Below are positions 24,373-33,600 of a DNA stretch of 64,000 nucleotides, piece after piece. The notes beneath the pieces were generated by a model, which did no database searches, had not been told where the DNA came from, and was given only the letters and a program-made list of their open reading frames with translations. This DNA is from Styela clava (Eukaryota): NCBI RefSeq assembly GCF_964204865.1, contig NC_135257.1, positions 11,346,001-11,410,000 of the forward strand, written 5' to 3'. Numbering within the stretch: position 1 is the stretch's first letter; every line of letters starts with the position of its first letter. A program made the translations under genes and the position numbers.

Positions 24373-27300
24373 ATGGACGAAATATTATTTCCGAGAGGAA
24401 AAGCAAAGCGTGAACCATCGACTTTTAAGAAGAAGGGTGCCAAACGCCAAGCCGCAGTTGATTCTCTGTTTTCAGAAGGAAGCAAGTCATCTACGGGTGG
24501 GCATTTTACAAAAGAAAAGAAAAAACCAAAAGAAAAAGATGAAATAATCAAAAGTCATGGTATTAAAGATGTGGATGGATTGTTACAAGGGATGGATGAA
24601 ATAAATGTGGATTTTTTGCATTGCAAAAGAGTACAAGAGGGAACACTGCTGTTGGGGTGTATTCGTGAGATACAGGAACTGCAACTTGTTGTTGGTATAC
24701 CTCATTGTAATACTGGTCAAGTACAAGCTAATCATATATCTGATATATATACTTCGCAAATACGAAAGCATCTTGAGCAAGATTCTGAGCAGCTTACGCC
24801 TTTATCTGATATGTTTCAAGTTGGGGATATTGTTGTTTGTTCTGTAGTTAATCCAACAGGGATTACGACACTACATCTCACTCTTCAACCATCTGTTGTA
24901 AATAAATATCTCTCCACAATGAGTTTTTTTGTTGGACAGATGATTTCTGGTGCTGTAAAATCAGAAGAAGACCATGGTTATACTATTGATATTGGAAAAA
25001 ATGATGTTAATGCATTTATACCGACTGGGGAAATTGGTGCTCGAAAATTGAAACTTGGTGCTGTCATTCGTTTTGTCATTACAAGTATTCGAGGAGAAGG
25101 AACTATTGTACTTTTGTCTTTAGATGAGAAAAAAATTGAAAAATCACTTTTAAAACTGGATAATGGAGTTTCGCTGGATACGCTGCAACCTGGAATGGTG
25201 GGAATGTTCCATCCAACAAAAAAACTAAAGCCTGGCGTAGTTGGAAAATTCTTGGATTTTAATGCTTCAGTTTGTGCTCTTGATTGTGATATGTCTAAAA
25301 TACGCTTAGAAAAGGATGACTTTGATAAAAATTTTGGGAAGAAGAAAAAACGCAAAACGACTAAAGGAAAGGATCAACCTGAAAAAGAGAGAATTGACAA
25401 ACGGATCAAAGGCTGTATTTTGTATGTGAACCCTATTACAAAACATGTTTCATTGAGTACCAATCACTTTTTGTTCACCAATGATACAAGACTGAAGATG
25501 ATAGAAACTAACATGAATCATTTTCCTCGGGGACACAAATGCTCAGCTAAGGTTACAAAGTGCATCAATGGATTGGGAGCTATGTTAATGATTGGAGAGT
25601 CAAATGGAACTCGCGCTTTTTGCCCTATGAAGTATGTAAGTGATGCGAAGATAACTAATTTTACAGAAGTAATCAGAAAAGGTGATTCTTTCCCAGCACT
25701 GGTTCTGCATAGTTCAAGTCTGGATGGTGCTGTTATTTTGAGTTTGAAGAAAAGTATGGTTGAACGTGAATTTTTAACCTATGACAGCATTACTCCTGGG
25801 ACAGTCATGGATTGTACTATTTCAGGTATTTTCGACAGTGGACTTGTTGTAACATTAGGTACAGATGCCTTTACTCCAGTAAAAGGCTTTGTGCCCAAAA
25901 TCCACATGGCTGACATTATTTTAAACCATCCTGAGAAAAAGTTTTCAAAAGGTGATGTAATATCATGCAAAGTTTTGTACGTCGATAAAGCTGCTGGACG
26001 AATACATCTGACTCACAAGAGAACTCTTTTGAAATCACGACTTCCTACTATCGTTAGTTATGATCAGTTAGAGCCTGGTTGCATTGCTCATGGTTACATT
26101 GCATCTATCAAACCATATGGGGTTTTTGTGAATTTTTATAACAATGTACATGGCATTGTGCGCAACTCTGAATTGTCTGCAGAATTGGTGGAAGATCCTG
26201 AAAAAATATTTTTTGTTGGACAGGTTATGAAGTGCCGGCTTTTGAGTTGTGATTTGGAAGCAGAACGTGCATCATTTTCATTTATTCTGAGACCTAAGCC
26301 AAAAGACAAAAAAGAAGATCATACATCCGTATCTAATATTAGCTTGGTGAATCTAGAGGTGGTGAATAAAATTGAAGGTGGCTTCGAAGTTGTTGTATGT
26401 GATGATGATAAGCAAAGGGACTTGTGGACCAAAGGATTTCTGCCCTTGATGCATTTGTCTGATTTTCCATCACTGGCACATTCATGGTATGAAATTATCA
26501 CTCCACATACTGTTTTAGAGGATTGTTTACCCATTGGTAAAAAGAAACAGCCCATCTTTACCAAGAAAAATTCTTTTGTAGGTAAATTCAAGAGCATGAA
26601 AGAGAACGCTGAAGATAATGCAAATCAAACGCTTACATTTTCTGACCTGAAAGAAGATTTGATAACACCTGGTTTTGTACATCATATCGCCGAGTATGGA
26701 GTGTTTGTTCAAGTTTACGGTGGTCTTTTAGGCTTGTGTCCAAAATCAAAGATGGCTGATCGCTACCTCCTTACATCTGATGGATATTACCAAGAAGGGC
26801 AGTCGGTGGTTGCTAAAATAGTTGAAATGGATATGGAAAAAAGAAGGTTTATTGTCAGTTTGAAAGTTTCTGATTGTCCACAAGAACAACTCACAGCGGA
26901 TTACTTGAAAGAGCTAACAGATATAATGCGAAGCTGTTCTTCTTCATGGCCAAAATCAGTGGCAATTGGTAAGCAAATGAAGGTACATTTGACTTCCAAA
27001 CCAAGCGAAAATGGTGTGGCAATGTGTAGCAGTTCACTTTTCCCTGAAAATTATAAGTGTTGTGTGATAGATATAGATACCAATGAAGAGTCAACAGATG
27101 TGAATGCAGCTCTACTTGATGTAAACCCTGTATCAAAATGTATAACATTGTCAGCTAATAGCAAATTACTTGGAAGTACAGTGAAGCATAATAATGGTAC
27201 TGTCTTGAAGGCAACAGTGGCATACATGAATGAAGATGTGTCGACTGTTTTCGATCTGGAGAACGCCTATGCTGGTTTACTTTTAAATAGAACCCATCCC

Positions 27301-29916
27301 AATCATCCCATATTCGAGAACTTGTGGCCTTGGAAGCAACATGACAGCATTACTGTTACAGTATGTAAACCAATAAATCAAGCGAATGTCGTTTCTGCTA
27401 CTCAAACTTCCCACAACAAAAAGCATTTTACTCATGGTGTAAAACGCCAAAGAGAAGAATCGGAATGCTCTGATGTGTCCTTGCAGGGTGATATAAATTT
27501 TGGAAACCTCCAAGTGGGTCAAAAAGTTGAAGGTACCATTCGCTCTGTACGAATGAATACTATTCTTGTCAGGTTTACGGAGTCTGAATTGGAAGGTGGT
27601 TACCGTGGACAACCAGTCACTGGAAGATTGCACATATCAGAGATAGAACATAAACATGAACATGGTGCTTTTTCGAAGATTACAAAATACCGCCCTTGGG
27701 ACAAATTAAAATGTAATGTAATAGGATTTCGTGATGTACGTACACACCGTTATCTTGCAATTACTAATCGAAATGCTAGGAGATGTGTTCCTGAGTTAAG
27801 TTTACTCGATTCTCCAGTTGGCATTGAATTTGAGGATTTGAAGATAGGTCAATGTATTACAGCTTTTTCTCATCAATATGTTCCTTCGAAAGATGAAATT
27901 CATGTTGAAATTACTCCTGCTATAAAAGGATTTCTACCTACCTTACTGCTTTCTGATAATCCAATGAAAATATTGAAATCTTCTCACAAATTCAAGAAGC
28001 CTGTTGTATTGCATTGTATCGTGCACAAACTGATGCACAATACTGTCACGCTCGCTGGAAAAGGTGCTATGATTGATAGAAAAACTCAGAAAGATGTTAC
28101 TGAACTGAATGAAGATTGCATCACAAATGGAAAGATTTGCAAAATTTTTCCAAGTAACATGATTATCAAATTACCTAAAGGTGGTGTTGGAAAAGTACAC
28201 ATCACACAATCTGCAGATGTGTTTGCTACTCGTCCATTTGAAGACTTCGAAGTTAGCCAGGTTGTTCGCTGTAGTATTGTGTCATGTGGAGATAGGAAAT
28301 CACTTGCCCTTTCTTTGAGGAAATCTAGACTCGCACAGGAGTATGACCAAAGTAATATAAAGGATAAAGAGATCTCGGAAGCCAAAGAAATACATTCTGG
28401 CCAAATACTTCGTGGTTTTGTAAAAATCGTCTCAAATTCTGGAGTTTTCGTTAGTTTGTCCCGGACCATCACTGGAAGAGTAGACATGACAAAGATTTCA
28501 AAATATTTCATAAAAGATACAAGTCTGATAGAAGAAGTGTTGAAAGAAGGGACTCTTGTTACATGTAAAGTAATTGAAGTGTCTAAAATGGAGGGAAAAG
28601 TTAGTTTGTCATTGTTAGAAGGGGATACTGGTTTGCCAGATCTTATTCCTGAAGCTCTTGGTCTTCCACAAAGACATGGTAAGCCAAAAGAGCAAAAAAG
28701 AAAAGAAGTTGGTCTGTTGGTTGACAAAATTGAGGGAAGGAAAAGGCGCAAAAAACAAAAAGAAGAAACTGGTGGCACTGAAGAGAAAAGAAAGAAGACT
28801 GATGACATTGATTCTGGACTTGAAGAGGAATCACCAACATTGGATACCCCACCTCGTTACCTAAGTAATGTTTCACAGCATGAAGATAGTGTTGAAGACC
28901 CAGGTTTTAGTTGGGAGTCAATAAATTCTACATCGGCAAAGGAAACAAGTGATTCTATGGATTCCTCAGATGATGACGATAATGCGGAATTGAGTGATGA
29001 AAAAGTTGTCAACAAGAAGAGCAAAAGAGAAATTGAAGCAGAAAAAGATCGTGAAGAAGCAGATCTGCGAACAAAAGAGGAGGAAATGTTAGAGGACAAT
29101 GCTCCACAGACAGCCTTGGATTGGGACAAGCTTGTACTTGCCAGTCCCCAGAATTCAATGCTATGGGTCAGCTACATGGCATTTCATCTTCGTGCCACTG
29201 AAGTTGAAAAGGCAAGAGTAGTTGCTGAAAGAGCATTAAAAGTGATTGATTTTCACGAAGAAAAAGAAAAGTGGAATGTATGGGCAGCTCTTCTTAACCT
29301 CGAAACTAGATTTGGTAGCAGTGAATCACTGACAAAAGTGATAGATACTGCGACCCAGCATAATGACCCTCTGAAAGTTAATTTTCATATGGTTTCTACC
29401 TTTGAAAGGTTGAACAAGTTTGATAATGCAGAAGAGTTGTGCTCAAAAATAGTAAGGAAATTCAAGCGCAATAAATCTGCCTGGATACTTTATATCAGCC
29501 ATCTTATGCAAAGAGGAAAGAGAGAAAAGGCAAATGAAGTTTTCAAAAGATGTTTACAGAGTCTTGAAAAGAATGTTCACCTTGAAATTATTTCAAAGTA
29601 TGCCCAATTGGAATATAAATGCGGAGACACTGAACAAGGCAGAGTTCTATTCGAAAATGCTCTCAGTAATTATCCGAAACGGGCTGATATTTGGTCTGTT
29701 TATATCGATATGTTGATAAAAGTGGACAAGTTGGAAGATGCAAGAGAAGTGTTTGAGCGTGTTACAACTCTAAATTTATCAACTAAAAATATGAGAAGTT
29801 TTTTCAAACGTTACATTGATTTTGAAACCAAATATGGGAGTGATGAATCTGTAGCTGAAGTAAAACAGAAGGCTCTTGACTATATTGAGTCGAAAACAAA
29901 TGATATGGTGGAATAA
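24373..29916 (+). CDS. PDCD11: RRP5 homologue (rRNA biogenesis; S1 repeats plus C-terminal HAT/TPR repeats), single exon, 1847 aa
   Basis: N-terminal FPRG; repeated S1 motifs (EEDHGYTIDIG, YGVFVNFY, YGVFVQVY, SGVFVSL); C-terminal PQNSMLWVSYMAFHL, EEKEKWNVWAALLNLE, YPKRADIWSVYIDM. Confidence 0.95.
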   Translation: MDEILFPRGKAKREPSTFKKKGAKRQAAVDSLFSEGSKSSTGGHFTKEKKKPKEKDEIIKSHGIKDVDGLLQGMDEINVDFLHCKRVQEGTLLLGCIREIQELQLVVGIPHCNTGQVQANHISDIYTSQIRKHLEQDSEQLTPLSDMFQVGDIVVCSVVNPTGITTLHLTLQPSVVNKYLSTMSFFVGQMISGAVKSEEDHGYTIDIGKNDVNAFIPTGEIGARKLKLGAVIRFVITSIRGEGTIVLLSLDEKKIEKSLLKLDNGVSLDTLQPGMVGMFHPTKKLKPGVVGKFLDFNASVCALDCDMSKIRLEKDDFDKNFGKKKKRKTTKGKDQPEKERIDKRIKGCILYVNPITKHVSLSTNHFLFTNDTRLKMIETNMNHFPRGHKCSAKVTKCINGLGAMLMIGESNGTRAFCPMKYVSDAKITNFTEVIRKGDSFPALVLHSSSLDGAVILSLKKSMVEREFLTYDSITPGTVMDCTISGIFDSGLVVTLGTDAFTPVKGFVPKIHMADIILNHPEKKFSKGDVISCKVLYVDKAAGRIHLTHKRTLLKSRLPTIVSYDQLEPGCIAHGYIASIKPYGVFVNFYNNVHGIVRNSELSAELVEDPEKIFFVGQVMKCRLLSCDLEAERASFSFILRPKPKDKKEDHTSVSNISLVNLEVVNKIEGGFEVVVCDDDKQRDLWTKGFLPLMHLSDFPSLAHSWYEIITPHTVLEDCLPIGKKKQPIFTKKNSFVGKFKSMKENAEDNANQTLTFSDLKEDLITPGFVHHIAEYGVFVQVYGGLLGLCPKSKMADRYLLTSDGYYQEGQSVVAKIVEMDMEKRRFIVSLKVSDCPQEQLTADYLKELTDIMRSCSSSWPKSVAIGKQMKVHLTSKPSENGVAMCSSSLFPENYKCCVIDIDTNEESTDVNAALLDVNPVSKCITLSANSKLLGSTVKHNNGTVLKATVAYMNEDVSTVFDLENAYAGLLLNRTHPNHPIFENLWPWKQHDSITVTVCKPINQANVVSATQTSHNKKHFTHGVKRQREESECSDVSLQGDINFGNLQVGQKVEGTIRSVRMNTILVRFTESELEGGYRGQPVTGRLHISEIEHKHEHGAFSKITKYRPWDKLKCNVIGFRDVRTHRYLAITNRNARRCVPELSLLDSPVGIEFEDLKIGQCITAFSHQYVPSKDEIHVEITPAIKGFLPTLLLSDNPMKILKSSHKFKKPVVLHCIVHKLMHNTVTLAGKGAMIDRKTQKDVTELNEDCITNGKICKIFPSNMIIKLPKGGVGKVHITQSADVFATRPFEDFEVSQVVRCSIVSCGDRKSLALSLRKSRLAQEYDQSNIKDKEISEAKEIHSGQILRGFVKIVSNSGVFVSLSRTITGRVDMTKISKYFIKDTSLIEEVLKEGTLVTCKVIEVSKMEGKVSLSLLEGDTGLPDLIPEALGLPQRHGKPKEQKRKEVGLLVDKIEGRKRRKKQKEETGGTEEKRKKTDDIDSGLEEESPTLDTPPRYLSNVSQHEDSVEDPGFSWESINSTSAKETSDSMDSSDDDDNAELSDEKVVNKKSKREIEAEKDREEADLRTKEEEMLEDNAPQTALDWDKLVLASPQNSMLWVSYMAFHLRATEVEKARVVAERALKVIDFHEEKEKWNVWAALLNLETRFGSSESLTKVIDTATQHNDPLKVNFHMVSTFERLNKFDNAEELCSKIVRKFKRNKSAWILYISHLMQRGKREKANEVFKRCLQSLEKNVHLEIISKYAQLEYKCGDTEQGRVLFENALSNYPKRADIWSVYIDMLIKVDKLEDAREVFERVTTLNLSTKNMRSFFKRYIDFETKYGSDESVAEVKQKALDYIESKTNDMVE

Positions 29917-30381
29917 GAAGGAAGGACCAATAAAACGTACAATGCATGATGAATTTTAAATAGAAAATGGATTAGTAATTCTGTATCATTCAATCTGCAT
30001 AGTCGAACAGTATCACCTGTTTCTTATGGTCATTCATTTCATTGTTCTTTTGAAGTTTATCAATCAGTGAAATGGATGGATATTATTTTGCATTGAATAA
30101 CCTATTCTGTTTCTGCTCTCACTACTATTGCTGCATTGCCAGTGATTGTTATATTAATGCGACTGTCTGTCAGTTTATGCAAAATCACTCATTTGATCTG
30201 TAATGTGTTAAGTATGTGTTAAAATTTTTTTGCCTAATTATGGGTTTAAAATCGATCATTTTTCATGTATCTGTTCTTTATCATGCTATGTATCTTTATT
30301 TCAATCTCAAACTGCCAATCACGTTTTTTTCTGTTTTCCAGATCTTATAATAGATTTTATTCATGGTTTTTGTGCTTAGAA

Positions 30382-30615
30382 ATGGATAATCGTGGTGGAG
30401 GAAGCGTTATACAAAGAGAGATTCAACAAGATTGGGCAAATCGGGAATATATTGAAGTAATAACAAGCAGCATAAGAAAAATTGCAGACTTTCTCAACGG
30501 ATTCGATCTGTCTTGTCGTTCACGTCTTGCAACACTGAATGAAAAATTAACAAAACTTGAAAAGCGCATAGAATACATTGAAGCTAGAGTTACGAGGGGG
30601 GAAACTCTCAGCTGA
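30382..30615 (+). CDS. BRK1: BRICK1 / HSPC300 (WAVE regulatory complex subunit), single exon, 77 aa
   Basis: [67 protein letters not shown] is near-identical to the recalled human BRK1; ATG at 30382 follows TGCTTAG|AA. Confidence 0.95.
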   Translation: MDNRGGGSVIQREIQQDWANREYIEVITSSIRKIADFLNGFDLSCRSRLATLNEKLTKLEKRIEYIEARVTRGETLS

Positions 30616-30650
30616 ATTCTTGAATTGCACAAAACTTAACTTTATAAACT

Positions 30651-33600
30651 ATGTCTGATCCACTTTCTTTTTTTGCTGCTAATTCTGATGATTCCGATTC
30701 TGAAGATGATAATTCTGATAAGGAGGATGCTAGCATACCTGTTACTAAGCCTGCTCAACAAACAGTCAAACCAGGCAACAAAAAATTGCCACCACCTATG
30801 ACAGTACTTGCATCAGCTAAACGGCCAGAGTTTACAATAGACCCACTTCGCCAGGATGTGGACTGGGACAAACTGACAAAGAAAGCACCTGAACTGGTAA
30901 ATCATTTTCATATGTTTGTAAAAATATACCTTACCAGTCTACGGAATGTTCAGAGGCATTGTCTCTTACTTAGGACTTGATACAATGTTTAAATATAAGT
31001 TTCTGACCTATTACTGCTGCCGTTATTTTGTGTAGTGAGGATCTAAGTTACATTATTACTAGTGTAAGTAAGCCTAATTTATAGATATTATGAACTAATG
31101 AGTTGACGACCATCTTCCATTATTTCTCAAATTGTTCAGTACATGATGTTTTGTTTATAGTCAAATATCACATCCTCACTCGTAACACTACATGCACAAT
31201 ATATCTTCAACACAGTATAAATTTGTTGCTGCGACTAGGGTTGCCACTTCCGGATACATTTTTTTTCGAATCGAATCTCGAATCGAAAATTTTCGAATCG
31301 AATCTTTCCGAATCTGGTTCCGGAAATGTTTTTTTTTTTTTTTTTTCATCGCTAAAAAATTACCCAAACTGCGTCACCTCTAATGCTGACATGGCACCCA
31401 AACAATACACTATTACAGCAAAAACAAAACGCCAGTGGAAAATGAAATATAATCTGTTATCTGAAAACAAATTCCAAAATAACATGCAAAACATCACCCC
31501 CCCCCTGTCAGAACCTGTGTGTCAAGTTCGCGAAAAAGGCAAAATTTGAAGAAGATATTGTTTCACTCCAACAATTTCTTATTGCAGTAGAGAAAATTGA
31601 GTTCATTAACATGGGCACTCGTTAGTCGTGATCTCAACTGTGAAACAGTCAGTCCAGCAGAAGAAAAAGCCCTTTCTGAAGCAGCCGAGGTTGCGGGTAC
31701 ACTCAGATACTTCACTGCCATTCTCTTGAGCAAAGGGGCACGGGCTCCATTGTTATCCCACCAGGTCAATGGTGCAGGTGGTGACTCTTTATCATCAACC
31801 TTTCGTTTTAAGTACCAAGCTATTTCCTCTGACACAATATTTGAACTTTCCGAGTCTGAAGAACTGCCAGAGTTCTCTAGGCCTCTCTCAAAAAGTCCAT
31901 GAATTTCACTAGATGAATTCACGGTTTCCATTTGCTCTTGACTATGATCCATTTGTGGCAGGGGTCCATGACGTGATTCATCCTGAGCCGTAGAAGTATC
32001 TGCTTCAGTTTCAACAGCTATCCGCACCTATGAAAAATGTTTCATCAGCATCAGAAATCGAAGTGAGATTAATTTGAAATTAGAACATTCAAAAATTAAA
32101 TTACCGAGACTCGCATCTGTCTGCTGAAAAATTTGCCCTTGTGAAAGGGATTCAACCAGGTGGACTTGTGGTAAATGCTTACTCCTTCGCTTTGTACTGA
32201 AGTTGACATGACATCTGAGAATCTAGTGTGTAACGAACTGAGAATGGTCGAACAGAAGGTCTTTGATGCCGATAGCTGAAGATCATCGACAAGGAGTTCT
32301 TCACACTGACCCACTAAACCTTTTGCAATTGGTAGCAAAGATGACATCGTCACATAATTACTTCCTTCAAGGTGATCAGAGGCTGTCTAAAAATAAGATA
32401 TTTTATTGCAAATTTTTGAACACTGAATTGTAAACCCAAGGACAAATAATCCTAGTCAATATAATTCAGTTCTCATAAACTATCATTATGATGCAGCAAA
32501 CACAGAGTTAGTAACCTTTTGAAATAAAATTCTGAGCTTGATTAGTTACCTTGAATGGTTTCAATATGATAGAAATTTCTCTCAGCAAGCTCCAGTGGTT
32601 GTCCTTTAGTTCAAGACTGACTGCTGTCGCTCGTGGGACAATTGTTGGATCAGCCAGTACCGAACGAATTATCCACTGGTTTTTCACAAGATTTGCTATC
32701 ATAGCAAATGTGGAGTTCCACCTGGTTGAAACGTCTATCGGCATCTCAATGTTTTTTATTTCAGTGTCTGCCGACTGAGCATGGCGTCGCAACGCTGTCA
32801 TGCATTTTGCTGACCTTCTAAAGTGTTGCACTAAGTGCCGCGCAGCACCTGAAATTTAAATTTTTATACATAAATACATCCAGTGAACATATTCTGACAA
32901 AAAGTGTTTCATTTAAATAGCATATGATTTCAAACTATCCATTTGTAGGCATTCCATAGATTTATCAGGCTTTCCCCTTATTTAGCATCACATACAGCCT
33001 CACTTACCTAGTGCCCTTGCTATTTCTGTATTTTTGATGGCATCTTTGATACACAGCTGGAGGGTGTGAGCAGCGCAACGAATGTGATGCCAGCCATGTT
33101 CAGTTTGTAAAATTTTACATGCAGAAACAACATTCGCCCCATTGTCTGTTACTATAGCAAATATGGAGGAAGGGGGGATAGAAAAATCATTCAGTACATA
33201 TAGGATGTAACTTTTCAAGTTTATACCAGTTTGGTCCCCAACTATTTGTGTAGTGGACAATACATAGTTCTGTAGTTCTCCTGCCATGACAAAATGTGCT
33301 GTAACAGTTATATAAGCTTCCATCCGGATGCTTGTCCATGCATCTGTTGTGATAGATATCACATTTTGTTCTTTTAAAATAGACATGAGTTTGCATTTAT
33401 ACTGCGAATATGTAGTTTCAATCTGTTTTCCAAAAAAAGTTCTTCCAGGCATCTCGTATCCCGGCTCAAGATTTGATATTAAATTTCTAAAATGCTCCCC
33501 CTCTACGATATTGATCGGCCTCATGTCCCCTATTATAACATTGACTATTAATTTGTCTATATGATTCTGTCTTTGTCTGCTAATGGACTTTGATTTAAAA

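Noticed and set aside
24345-29716. Antisense and alternative-frame ORFs within RRP5 (e.g. 28086-28808, 240 aa)
   Set aside because: Shadow ORFs of a long coding sequence; no recognisable motifs
30265-30381. N-terminal extension of BRK1 in the ORF track
   Set aside because: F/L-rich translation of a polypyrimidine/acceptor region; homology begins at the ATG at 30382
30613-30651. BRK1-C1orf52 fusion by stop-codon readthrough
   Set aside because: The 35-nt spacer is out of frame, and an in-frame TAA follows at 30637
30897-30980. ORF-track C-terminus of the 109-aa ORF
   Set aside because: Read-through into intron 1 past the GT donor at 30897; homology continues in the exon at 35707
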